From NCBI GenBank assembly GCA_030704615.1, contig CM060734.1, positions 36,704,001-36,768,000 on the forward strand: DNA of 64,000 nucleotides, written 5' to 3'. The position numbers and the translations under genes were made by a program. The DNA comes from Takakia lepidozioides. Lineage: Eukaryota > Plantae > Bryophyta. Below the pieces are notes generated by a model. The model saw nothing but the letters and a program-made list of their open reading frames with translations, did no database searches and was not told the origin of the DNA. Below are positions 49,261 through 61,566 of this stretch, one piece after another; the first letter of the stretch is position 1; the number at the start of each line of letters is the position of its first letter.

Positions 49261-50614
49261 TGGATTTGGTCACTACAAGAGATGAGCGTTTTTAGGACTA
49301 CGGATTTGGCGGAGTCATAATAACGGCATTAGGTGTATGACTACAGAGCATTGAAATGCGTTGCAGTCATAGTTTTATCACTTTGTAGTAATGGATATCA
49401 CTACATGACTCCGGAAAGTTAGGGAGCATTGATCAAACATTGTTGACCATGATGACAGGGATGGTTTTATGACTAGTGTGATATGTTTGACTACATGTGG
49501 ACGACGTTTCATGGAATCTTGTGACTCCATGACTGAAGATGGTTTTACAGCTCTATTTATACGACTACATCCCTACACGTGTCATTTTGAAAGCACATAC
49601 ACGAATGTATTCATCCATTGGATGAGTTTATCCATCGATGACATGACATGACATGGCATGTAAACTTCTGAGTCTCTTACTGCAAATTGTTTCATAACTC
49701 TATATATATGACTACATCATTATACGTGTCATTTTAAAGGCATATACATTAATGAATTCATCCAATGGATGGGTTCATCCCTCCGCCTATACGGTGTGTC
49801 GATTTGATATCTGTTCAATAAATTAGAGTTGCATGGATGTGGCTTAACAAGCATCGCAAGATATATGAGATTAAATACGTAATGGTCATGGTTGTACAAG
49901 GCTAGATCATGTGATGGAAATTATTTTGAATCGTTAGATTTTCCAGGATCTAACGGTCTAGATTGTATAAGATCTAACGGTTTAAGATTACACCGCCGAA
50001 CTTTACACCGGGCTGGGACTTAGGCTTTTCTCCTGCGTTTCACCATCTATTTGATGTTGTGTCATGGAACGCGATGATCGCAGGATATGCAGGGGCGTTG
50101 GATGGAGGCTTTGCAGACCTTCCTACTCTTGAGCAAATGATGCAGGAAGGAGAAGAGGAGGAGGAGACGAGACGAGGAGAAGATCCCAACATTCTTGCAA
50201 GCTCGCCGTTCTTGGGAGAGTCAGCTTGGTCTTAGCAGGCCGTGTTTCAATCTCTGTCTGCTCAGCTGCACCTTGGTGGTTCGATCTCACATACCAATCC
50301 GACATTACCTGACTACAGATACAAGCAGCACACACCAGAGGTCATTTTGGGTTGATGGTCGGTCAAATCCTCCATGGGTCATGACACAAGGTAAAGGACA
50401 ATGTGGTGAGGATACATTCTTCTTCGACCTATTTCAGCCTGTTTTGCCCTCTCATCATACTTGGCCTTGAGATGCATATTGAATTTTGTAAGTTAGCTGG
50501 TTGGGTGGATTTGTGGTTGTTTAGAGTGACTTTGACAAGTTGCTGCCGATGTGGCAACATGAAAGTATCCAAAAACAGGTAAGAGAGATGAGGAGAAGCT
50601 TTGGAATGAACACT

Positions 50615-52290
50615 TTTTCCACAGGGAATCATAGGTAATCTGGAGATTGAAATCCGGCCCTCTTGGATGAATCTAGACCCACACTCTATCCCTGCTCATT
50701 CAGCTATCCATGCCTCTGCACAAATCATGTATACATCATTGCCTTGCTCCTAACAGCTGACAATGACAGCCTAGAATTGTTCCAGCAAACACCCCAACCC
50801 TACTTACCATACTCGCTGACTTGCGTCTACTTCCAACAAACATTCACCTTTTTGCCTCGATTGTTCCACCATTGAGTGGGGTCGGAAACGTATTCATTCC
50901 AGAGCTTCTCCTCGTCTCTGTTATCTGTTTTTTCAATACTTTCATGTTGACCACATTGGCAATAACATATCAAAATCACTCCAAAACCACCAGAGATCCA
51001 CCAACGCGGAGCTAACTTGTAGAATTCAACATGAAAATATAGGGACGACTCTGATAGCAGGGGAGAACAGGGTGGAATATGTTGAAGAAGGTACGTTCAT
51101 TAGTAGTGTCTTGTTCTATCAATTGTGCTGTTCTCGCTGTTGTTTCTAGTAGACCATCTACCCACTTGTAGCCGATGTGTTATTGAAGAAGGTGCCTTCG
51201 TTACCAGTGCCTGATTTATCAATTGTGCCGCTGCTGCGGCAAATTCTAGTTGACCATCTACCCATGCAGGTTTCTTGTAGCTATCCTTCGACACAGGGAA
51301 TCATAGGTAATCTGGAGCTTGACATCTGGCCCTCTTACATGAATCTGGACCCACACTCTATCCCTGCTCCTTCACCTATCTATGCCTTTGCACAAATCAT
51401 GCATAAATCCTTGCCTTGCTGCTAGCAGCTGACAATGACAGCCTATATTTGTTCTAGGAAACAACCAACTCAACTTATCACACTAGTTCATATGCTCAAT
51501 TGCATCTGCTACTCTCTGTAATCCAACAGGCATTCACCTTTTTGCCTCAATTGCCCCACCATTGACTGGGGTTAGAAAAGTATTCATTCCATAGCTTACC
51601 TCGTCTCTGTTACCTGTTTCTGGATACTTCCTATTGTTACATTGGCAGTATCATGTCAAAGTCACTCCAAACTATCCAAGGAACTATAATTTGCAGAATT
51701 CAACATGAAAATTTAGGGCCAATTCTGATAAGAGGGAAAAACAAGGGTGAAATGTGTTGAAGAAGGTGCCTTCATTAGCAGTGCCTGATTTTTGCCCTGC
51801 TGCTGCGGCTTCCAGTTGACCATCTACCCATGCAGGTTTCTTGTAGCTATTGATCCACAAGGAGTCATAGGTAATTTGGAGCTTGAAATCCGGCTCTCTT
51901 GGATGAATCTGGACCCACACACTATCCCTGCTCCTTCAGCTATCAATGCCTCTGCACAAATCAGGAAAGGTGCAAAGTGGTCCATGGTGACATCGTCACA
52001 TCTGGAATTGTACCCAATGTCATTCTGAACACTGCCCTGCTAGACATGTATGTCAAATGTGAGTGCATCGAGGATGCCTTGTTGCTAGCAGCTGACAATG
52101 ACAGCCTATAAGTATTCCAGCAAACACCCCAACCCTACTTATCACACTAGTTCCTATGCTGACTTGCATCTGCTTCCAACATGAATTCACCTTTTTGCCT
52201 GGATTGTTCCACCATTGACTGAGGTCGGAAACATATTCACTCCAGAGCTTCTCCTCGTCTCTGTTAACTGTTTTTCGATACTTTCTTGTC
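50615..52290 (-). pseudogene. Three tandem intron-split PDF motifs of OSB (organellar ssDNA-binding)-type proteins
   Basis: A spliced unit reads RDEEKLWNEYVSDPTQWWNNRGKK|IHPREPDFKLQITYDSLWINSYKKPAWVDGQL. Donor AAG|GTGAAT at 52190, 51537, 50847; acceptors at ~51909, 51345, 50673. Confidence 0.75.
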
Positions 52291-53720
52291 TCCAAAACCT
52301 CCATCCCGCGCCCTTGCTGTGTACATCCTGCAAGCATCGCGTTCCACGACACCACATCTTGTTTAGTCATAGTGTTGAAGGCTCCCTCCGCATCCTCAAT
52401 GCTCCCACATTTGGCATACATGTCCACGAGGTATTGTTCAAAATCACACATGGTACAATTCCAGCTTTGGTGATGCAACCATGCACCTCTTTGCCCTTTT
52501 CCAGGGCTACCAGGCTTGCACACACACTGCAAACACACACTAGAATGATGTGGTCGAGCTTCACCCTTTTCCCCATCATTTGCTCATAGGTATCCAAAGC
52601 CTCCATCCCGCACCCCTGTTGTGCATACCTTGCAAGCATCGCACTCCACGACACCACATCTCGTTTAGCCATAGTGTTGAACACTCCCTTGACATTGGCA
52701 TATATGTCCAGAACTAGGGGATGTTCATAATGACATCTGGTTATAAAATTCTAGGGCTGCCAGCCTTCATACACAGGCTGATCATGCTGACCCTCCCAAG
52801 TCCCTTGTAAACGACCAAGATGTCCATGCCCCAATGGTGACATCATCACATTTTAAGCTGGAATTGCTCCAAGAGTCATACTGAACAGTATTTCATTTTT
52901 CCCCCGCCTCCTTACCCCCTGCCTTCCCCATCCTGCAACTGAAAGAGGCTCTACATACTTCAACCAGCTAGGCATAATTTCAGCATATTCAGATACCTAA
53001 GTCCCATGTCTCAAGCGCAAGAGCATCAAGCTGAAAGGCCTGCAAACTGAAAATCAGGTGCATATGTTCACATTATATTAAGTGGATTGGCATTAAATGC
53101 TTTTCTACACAACACCCTTGTCAACATGTATGTTAAGTGTGGTACCTCGTGGATGCACTTGTAGTTTCCCACCCCGAGTTTAAATTTCAGTCTAGTGACG
53201 AGGGTAGGTAGGCCATTGAGATAGTCCTTAAGGTCCTTGCCTATGTCACATATTCAAAACAAGTTTAAGGAGATTTAATGCCTAACTGTATTTCCACTGG
53301 ACAGTGTGAGGGCATCAGAGGAGAGAGAGAGAGAGAGAGAGAGACTCACCGGGGCAGGTGGTCACCATGGTACTCCAAGACACCACATCTTGTTCAGCCA
53401 TGTTGTTGAACACTCCCTTTGCATCCTTGCTACACCTATCTGGCATACATATTGTCCACCAGGGGAATGTTCAAAATGCAATCTGGTACATTTGCAGCTT
53501 TGACGATGCAACCATGGACCTTTTGCCCTTTTCCAGGGCTGCCAGGCTTGCACACGCATTGCAAACACACACACACGTTATGTGGTCGGGCTTCAGTACC
53601 CCTTCCCTCATAATTTGCTCATAGGTCTCCAAAGCCTCCATCCCATGCCCCTGCTGTGCATACCGTGCAAACATCGCACTCCATGACACCACATCTCGTT
53701 TAGCCATAGTGTTGAACACA
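52290..53720 (-). pseudogene. PLS-class PPR gene fragments (two related blocks 52290-52690 and 53360-53720, plus small plus-strand pieces)
   Basis: RDVVSWSAMLARYAQQG.GMEAL..YEQM, CASLVALEKGKEVH, LVDMYAKCGSIEDA, VVSWNAM; frameshifted. Confidence 0.9.
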
Positions 53721-54999
53721 AGAAACCTGCATGGGTAGATAATCAACTGGTTGGTTTTGAGCTGAAGAGCACGACCCCTGCAGGGATGTCTCTCCATCTG
53801 TAGATCTTTTAGGAAGTGGAAAGCTAGGGCCCAACTTTCTTATGACAGTGTTAGCTGATTTTTAGTTCTTCTCCTCAGCTCGGTGCCTTTCTGTTTCCAA
53901 GTTATGACAGTAGTTTAGGGCTGCAGTCTCTTTTCCTGCTAGACTCTTTAGCTCTATGCAAACCCCATTCTTTGCTTGCTTTCCTTCTTCCTACTCTTTT
54001 TCTTGTCTTGGTACGCGAAGCTGTGTCTTCCTATTTCAGCCTCTATGATACTCTAGCCAGAGGTTATTTTTTCCTCTTTGTATCCAAGGACATTTTATGT
54101 CTATTACCTATAAAGTTCTGGAGGCCACTGTCCCCCCACTATCCCTATTTGTTAACAAAAATAAAAATAATAAAAAATACAACAATGGCTCCCATTCTAT
54201 TTTCCTAGAAACCTAATGCGAATTTAAATCAATTAATAAATATTATAATTGTATGATTTAATTTTTTAATTAAAATATTATTAAAAAACCTCTTTAGTCA
54301 TGAAGTTATATGTGGCATTATATGATACGATATTCTTTCCCACGTGTAGGTCATATATGTTGTCCATGTGGACACATGTCACATCCGGGGTGCTATATGT
54401 GTCCCTCTGACGCCTCTCCAATGGAGTCATGTACTTTATAGACATGTAGTCATATAGTTAGTCATATAGTTGTGACTACATCGCTCTCGGCAGCATGACT
54501 CTAGGTGCCACGCACGCAGTCACGGCTATGACATGCAAAACGCAGTCCTAAAGACTAGTCGCTATGACAGGGCTTTTTTCCCTACAAAGTGTAGTCATGA
54601 ACGCATATAGGACTGAAAAAATAGTCATACGTGCAGTCATAAAAACGCTCATATGTTGTAGTGTGTGGTAGGTGTTTACTTGTGTTTGTTATTTCCTCTG
54701 TTGCGTTCTTGTCAGGTATCCTCCGTTTATTTATTGTTCAGTTTGTACTGGATCAGGGAATTTTGTGCATGTATGTAGCGTGGATTTTGTAATTTGAATG
54801 AATATTTGTTCCAGCTTGGAGCTTGCATCTTCCCAAATGTGAAGGGTGGGGTTTGCTGAATATCGATCTAGTATTGTTTCAAATTCAGAGAGAGTTGTAC
54901 CGGAAATGGATCGAAACTTGGCTTGGAATGCCAGAATAGAGGAGGGGGAAATATATGAGTGGGAATACGTGGCATTGTGTCTGGCAGGGGGGGCATCAA

Positions 55000-55815
55000 C
55001 TAGGACTGGACCTATAGGTACTAAATGCATAGGGGATGCGGAGGATAACTGGGTAATGGTCAAAGTTATAAATGGGATCATAAAGGATTGTACTGTAGAG
55101 ATTGTACTGTAGAGCTGTGTGGGGTTATTCCCAGGCATTTTAAGGTAATACCCATTGAGGCTATGCGATGTATAGTTTAGTCCTCCTTGCTTGGAGAAAG
55201 CCTGGTTTGTAGTGATGTATTGGAATCCATGTGTTTGAGTAAAGGTTGTCAATTCTACGTCTTTTAGAGAAGGAGGGAAGTGTACACCGTCATGTAATCT
55301 GCCCAGCATAGAAATGTTTCTGTTGAAGTCACATGCAAGGGGGATTGTAGATAAGGAGTGAAGTGGGTTGTTAGCAAAGATCACAATTTGTTGTAGAATA
55401 TCAAGGTAAGGGCTATATCGTCTGGGTGAGAGGGCATATATAAATGAATAATAAGTAGTTTTGGATACGGACTAATGTGAATTTCAACAATTTGGAGGTG
55501 AGTGTGGGGATGAGGACATTTGTAGTTGTTTCTTGTGAGTGCGTGGATTTGTGTATACCAATGGGTAGGCCTCCACGAGCCGGCTGGTATGGTAGTGAGC
55601 GACGTCTATTATATTTTCTTGGCGTTGGGGGGTTCCCACTCCCGTATATGATGTGGTGGTCAAGCAGTATTCTGTTAATATATGTATTGGGCGAGTGCGA
55701 GTTGAGTTTGGTTTCTTGGAGTAGAATAATATGGGGATGGTTCGAGTTTTGGAGAATAAGCGAGAGGGTTGCCAGGCTAGAGGCAATGGAACCCACATTC
55801 CACGTAGGGCATATT
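55000..55815 (-). pseudogene. LINE apurinic-like endonuclease (APE) domain
   Basis: TWNVGSI, HIILLQETKL, ARGG, IPLACDFN. Confidence 0.85.
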
Positions 55816-56638
55816 AAGGGTTGGTCTATAAGGTTCTCTTGTGGATTGTTTGGGTAGTTGCAGCCTACGGTGGACCAAAATCAAACACACCATGAATCCC
55901 TAAAAGTACATAACGGGGGATGTGGCGAATCCTCAACCATTGGATTCGCTTCACTTTACAATCTCCACGTCTATTATTAACCATTAAATACTTTATTTTG
56001 AAATCGCGATAGTTTCGGATCGCGATAGTTTTTTTCCAAATTTGACCTTGATGCACCCCGGGGGTTTACTCTTGTTCAATGTATTTAATGAGGTATTGTT
56101 GATATTTCAAAGAATTTTGTATGTAAAGGACTTTACGAAAACAGTTATTTTGAAGGCTCAAAATAATACATAAAGTTTATTGAACTTATTTACTTAAATT
56201 TTTGAGTGGATGTTTTCATTCTAGATTCTTTATCCCTCAAGGTCAAGTCCCTTTTTCTAAATTTTTATGAATTGTGTTAAAAAAAAATCCATAATGGTCT
56301 TTATACGTACTATAACAAATTCTTGTGGACTTTTGAAAAGTCCATAATTTCTAGCCATTTGTTTTTTTGGTGATGAGACTTGGAATAGGGGAAATATATG
56401 TAGTTGAGCCATCATAGCTTAGTCCATTTTTACTATCAACATTGTCATTTGGGAGTATGATAATTTACAACTCATCAAGGTCCCAAAAGTTGAATAGATG
56501 AATGTATTCCAATTTTAGAGAAATTGTGTCTGGATAAAAATATAAGGTGTACGTAGCTTTTGCCGCCTTAGGGAGATGATTGACAACAATTTGTATTGGA
56601 TTCTGTGTGTTATGTTGTGTATGACGGCGGTTGTTTCG

Positions 56639-56680
56639 GGGGCCCGGGTTTTGGTGGATGTCCCCACATCGCATGAGCAT
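56639..56680 (-). other. 2A-like (StopGo) peptide motif upstream of the LINE APE domain
   Basis: MLMRCGDIHQNPGP resembles the LxxxGD(V/I)ExNPGP consensus, with H in place of E. Confidence 0.7.
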
Positions 56681-57865
56681 TACATGAAGGTGCGCTTATC
56701 TGTGGGTGTGCATCTATTTTTGCAGTTTGCGTCTAGCTTGCCTGGAGATTTTCGGGGCATGATACAGTCTACATGAGGGTATTTGTGGGATTTGTCGTGG
56801 ATTGTTGAATAAAAATTCAATATGTTTGTGGAATGTTTTTTTTTTTTCGGTGATTGTATATTTTCTTCGGTCTTCCCCAAATGCCATATTGTTTGTAATG
56901 GATATTATCGTAGGATGTTGCATCGATGGTGTAGAGAAAGGATTGGTATGGCAATGAGAGATGGGATAGATGTGGAATTGGTTCGGATAGCAAGAGAGGT
57001 TGTGGAGGGATATTGGGGGGAGGATCTGTCGTTTTTAGATGAGTGTGAAGGGGCCGTTCTGAATAGCTTAGCTGGGTGATTCTGTAGCAATTAAGTGGTA
57101 GCAGTAGATATAGGGGGTTATAATTTGAGGCTAAATTATATTTACTGGAGGCGTGAGCTCTTGCTTTTAGGGTTTCGTTAATGAGGAATTTTGAGTGGAG
57201 CTTACTGCGATTAAAGGACCAGTCTGGTAACATATTTATGTGATGCCAGTCCAATACTGGTGCGTATGTCTATTTAGTCTCTATGTTTTAAATATTTTAA
57301 ATTAACTTATTAAGATTTTGATTTGAAAAATGTTTGTAAACTCCAGCATTGACAAGAAGCAGTAGCCATAAAATGAAGTCTAGTTGTGATGCCAGTTCTA
57401 GCTTTTTTTTTTTCTTCTTTTCTTTTTAACCAAAAAGAGGACAAAGTTAACATGAAATATTTTTCTCTCTATAATAAAAATGGTACCATTAATTGATCGA
57501 ATATATTTTTGATTTTGAAATTGATAATATTTTTGAATGTAAAATTTTATATGAAGCGTATTTTTGTAAGATTTGCTGTATTTTTTTTATTTAAAATTTA
57601 GAGTGTAATTAGATATTGAACCAAATAAGAACGAATGAAGGGAGAAAAACTCTTGTCAAAGCACATTTATGGTGTCACTTCATCTCGAAGAACTATTCTT
57701 TTCTGCTTGGAAGGTAAACATTAGGGTTGTGCAGTTACTTAAATTTCTCTCTAATACCTAATGGTTACCTATCTAACCCGATGGAGGTGGAAAAATGAAG
57801 TAATCGGTCTAGTTAGGAAACAATGGAGGTCAGGCACTCAAATAGCCGAGCAAATAACCTTTTAA

Positions 57866-58983
57866 TCCCTAAGCGCCCGCGTGGCTGGAAATGGGCCTCC
57901 GGGCATATCTCATTCAATTTTCAAACATTTTGCACCATGGGAAGGCGCTCCACGTGTGCAAAAGCAATTGGCGAAATTTTAGGTTTATGGCAAGATATGA
58001 GGTTTTGAGCTGCAGGGCTCGGCGGCTAGTGGTTCTTGCGATTTCAGTTCCACTTCCCGCGTTTCTCCTTCTCTCCCCCCTCGCGCGCGTTTATTGCTTT
58101 TGTCGGTGACCATTCTATGTTGTGGCAAGTTATCATAGCTTTGGTGTGATGCGCATTCAATGTGTAGAGCTAAATTGTCTCTCTATTTTTTGGTCTCTCA
58201 TTGCATTTTATTGTAGCGTGTCTTTGCAGATTTCCTTAGTTGTGAGTTATGTGAGTTTGAGGCATTGACAAAGGAGGAAGGTAGTGGAAAGCTTGACGGC
58301 TGTCAAAGAGGTGGTGTAATGGTGTTCCTCAATGCGCCTCCCCCTACACTCGCACATCTTGCCAAAGCGGCGGTTGTGATCGCAACATGGGTGAAAACCT
58401 TGGTGCCAGCCACGAGCAAGTGGCTGAATTGGTTTAGAACCTTGAATGAGGATTACCTGCTTAGCTTGAAATGACCTAAGTGTGTTGTTTGGCCCTCTCT
58501 CCCACATTGACCTGCAAACTTCAGGTACATGTGGCGCAAACAAGTTGCAGAATTACTTGGCAGGGTTGAGCGGAAGGAGGAAAATGATCGTTGTGGCTTC
58601 TCTAGCCAGGTGAATGCAGTGCTGAGGGACAGGGTGTGGCTCGATGTTTCTACATCTTCCAGTACTAATTCCAGCCTCAATGAGGCTGAAGGCAATGATA
58701 TGAATGGTGGGTAAATTAGCACCTAACCCACCTTATTTGTGTTTTGTGGGTGACATTCCTTCCCATGTTCTTAATTCCTGCTCTCTCAAATCTTCCCAAG
58801 TAGAAGATCATGGTGTGGCTCGCCAGACTGTTAGAGTCTTGCATTGTAATGTTTCTATGCCCCAAGTTGTTCCATCGTCAATGGGAGAAGCTACCGCGTG
58901 AGCTGCTCACGCTTTGCACACTAAGAGTGAGCAGATTCCGCCAAGCGTGAGCAGATTAGGGAAGCGGAGCCTATAACCTAGGG
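57866..58983. mobile_element. Possible second piggyBac-like non-autonomous element
   Basis: TTAA-TCCCTAAGCGCC at the left end (same CCCTAAGCGCC as the 18090 TIR) and CCTAGGG-TTAA at the right end; the right TIR is degenerate. Confidence 0.4.
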
Positions 58984-59180
58984 TTAAACAAGGCCTATTT
59001 CCGTGGACGCAAACTTGTGGGGAATAGAAAGGAACACAAACTGCCTGGGACCAAAGATTCTGAGCTCATGCATGCAATATTGGATGAATGTGCGATGAAA
59101 AATGATGGATGAATAAAAAGAAAAAGTGATGAATGTTGCATTAACCTAGACATGAAAAATGAGCGGATGAGTGAAAGAAG

Positions 59181-59627
59181 ATTGATTGCAAAACAAGATT
59201 GATCACATTCCTAAAAGTGTTGTCATTAACCAGCATGAAGACATTTACAAGTTTATCCATGTATTGTGGTTTGACACCTCAGCCTTGTGTTAACAATGGT
59301 GGGACAGAAGACCATGACTGAATTAAGGTTGATTGCAAAATGTCATTGTCTCATTCAAGAAAGTGTTGCCATTAATCAGCATGAAGCCATCCAAAACTTT
59401 ATCCAGGTATTGTTGGTTGGATACACCTCAAGCCTGTGTTAAGATCATGACCGAACGAAGGTTGATTGGCAAACTTCGTTGATCTCATTCAAGAAAGCGT
59501 TGCCATTCACCGGCAAGAGGCCATCGAGAAAATTATGCAGATATATTGTGGGTTGGATATACCTCAGATTTGTGCTAATGGTGGGGCATGTCATGCCTGA
59601 AATAGGATTGATTGCAAATCAAGATTG
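59181..59627 (+). repeat. Diverged tandem repeat, ~3 units of ~135-150 bp
   Basis: TTGATTGCAAA...CATTC...AAAG.GTTG.CATT.A.C.GCA.GA.G.CAT...GTATTGT.G.TTG..ACCTCA recurs at ~59182, ~59329 and ~59462, with a partial copy at ~59608. Confidence 0.8.
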
Positions 59628-61392
59628 GTGTCAATCTATATACATTAATAGATTAACATTTTTAATTGTCAAAAATATAGACAAAAGACAAAAATCCAAT
59701 ATTGACATTTCGCTATTACCTCTATCATATTTACAATATATATGTACGATACTACCGCAATGTATTGTGCTCACTACAAAACCAAAGGGTGGAACTTATG
59801 AGGGTTTTGAAAAGTGGACAAACCTTTTATTTATGTTTGGTAATCTAATCATAAGGTTTTAGATCATAATTAATATTTATAAATGATTTAACATTTACTT
59901 TTATTTTTTATTATTTAATTTTTGACTATGTGAAGAAACAAAAGTAAAAACAGAAGCAATATTAGAGCAGATTTGACAAAAGTGATTTTCATAATTCAAA
60001 TTGTTTTTTTGGGCAGCCTAAAAATATGACAACTACAACTTAGCACTACGACACCCTATTCCTGCTATACGCTAAAACTAGTCTCCGACCTTGAGTCATC
60101 ACAACTTTCAGTCATCACTAGAATTGGGTTCTGAATTCTAATTTTGGTGAACTGGATTTCATCTTTCTTCAGACTGGCAAGAGGACTGATTTGTGCACAA
60201 CCCCATTTACATCACACTGCGCTGAAAAGAATGAGATGATGTGAAATTTACAGTAAAACCAAACTGGCTTGTGAGGAAAGAATATACATAAAATGTGATG
60301 ATCAATGGGGAATATTCGGTGGTGCTTTAGGACTGAACTGAATGCACACCTGCCAGTTACTCCAAGCCTAATGTATCTGTTAGGGGGAACACTAATTCCT
60401 GCGAGATCAACAACATGCAAGGAGAAAGTCCCTTACTTTCCTCACACAAATATACAATACAGCTACTGCATTAGCAAAATTAAGGTACTGATCTCAGGAC
60501 TAGGAGCTGAGGGACAAGGCCACAACATCACGAAGACTGAAATGTTGAACTTTTGAACTACCTCCAGGTTGAAACACCACCTCTGTCTCTGGCCTCACTT
60601 GTGTTTTTATTAGAGGCTCAGGCTGACTGCTCCAGTTGGCATTTCCCTTGCAGTAATCACGAACAGTCATAACAAACTGAACCTCTGGTGGGCCTGCCAA
60701 ACAACCACATCCTCAGATTCCACCTGAGAATCAACTAGCAAATTCACCAGATACAAGCAAACAGCTTTTTGCCGCCATATTCAATCATCATCTTCCCTGT
60801 AAAATAGCTGTCTTCTACTCAGCCACCTGGCAGGTCCATACTGCCAGTTCATCACAAATGACCAGGCAGTTTTGTAACGCTGATCACAAAGTATTTCCTA
60901 ACACAGCAGGAAGATGCTTGTAAACTGATCCAGAATCACCATTTCCAACTAACTGTGTTTGAGCCAACACCAAGTCAAATATTCAGAAAGACAGGACAGA
61001 AGGGCAGCATAGATAATTGATTGAAGGGAGATGCACCCACGCACCAAATATGTTGCCTAGCCAGCCCCGTCTGTGAGTCATTGCCAAGTGGCTCACAGCC
61101 GACCTCTTTGCATAATTCAGGATCACCATGTCCCCAGGTCGTCCCAGGAACACCTGTAACTGCCCAATCACAATTTTTCCACCTTCTAGCTCCAGCCTAA
61201 GGCAGGAAGTTCAGAAGAGTCACACCTCTGGTCGAAGCAGTTAGACTCCAAACAAAGATGAAGCTTTCATGACTGATGACAGAATAGCTTCTTCTACACC
61301 AACATACACAATGATGGATAACTTAGCGAAAGAGGGAGGAACAAGAGAACGTGCTAACAACTAAGCTTTACAACAGTCAGCTTGACAATGTT

Positions 61393-61566
61393 AAAAAGTG
61401 TGAACGCGTTGACGAAGCAAGCATAACTAATGGTGTCACTTGACCCCGAAGGCTACTGCCTTCTGGTGGGAAGATGGACACCTTTATGACAACCAACATA
61501 TGGTTTGAACCCACAACCACGAGTGAGGCAGCTTGTGCCCTTACCACTGGGCTAGATGTTGGTTGT
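61393..61566 (-). mobile_element. Full-length tRNA-derived SINE (174 bp) with 13-bp TSD
   Basis: A-box TAGCCCAGTGG, B-box GGTTCAAACC, 11-bp stem ACAACCAACAT/ATGTTGGTTGT, 3' TTTTT; TSD GCTTGACAATGTT at 61380-61392 and 61567-61579. Confidence 0.85.

Larger units (their letters stand above)
49271..54663. mobile_element. Pack-CACTA (family B, non-autonomous) carrying captured PPR and OSB/PDF gene fragments, inserted in the LINE
   Basis: ~31-bp TIRs CACTACAAGAGATGAGCGTTTTTAGGACTAC and (reverse complement) CACTACAACATATGAGCGTTTTTATGACTGC. GACTAC/GTAGTC subterminal arrays at both ends. Flanks are GGT and TGT (one mismatch). LINE sequence lies on both sides. Confidence 0.88.
44690..57270 (-). mobile_element. 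Decayed non-LTR retrotransposon (LINE, RNase H-bearing, RTEX/algal-L1-like) interrupted by several DNA-transposon insertions
   Basis: Minus-strand order: 2A-like motif (56639-56680); APE (TWNVG, ILLQETK, ACDFN; ~55000-55815); RT (AAAYVDD 48754-48765, PYTYLG); MTase-like domain (45760-46020); RNase H (ICTDGS, AELMAI, LFTDSL; 45060-45345). Confidence 0.85.

Noticed and set aside
59181-59627. CRISPR-like array
   Set aside because: Units are long and degenerate with no unique spacers, there are no cas genes, and the context is eukaryotic.
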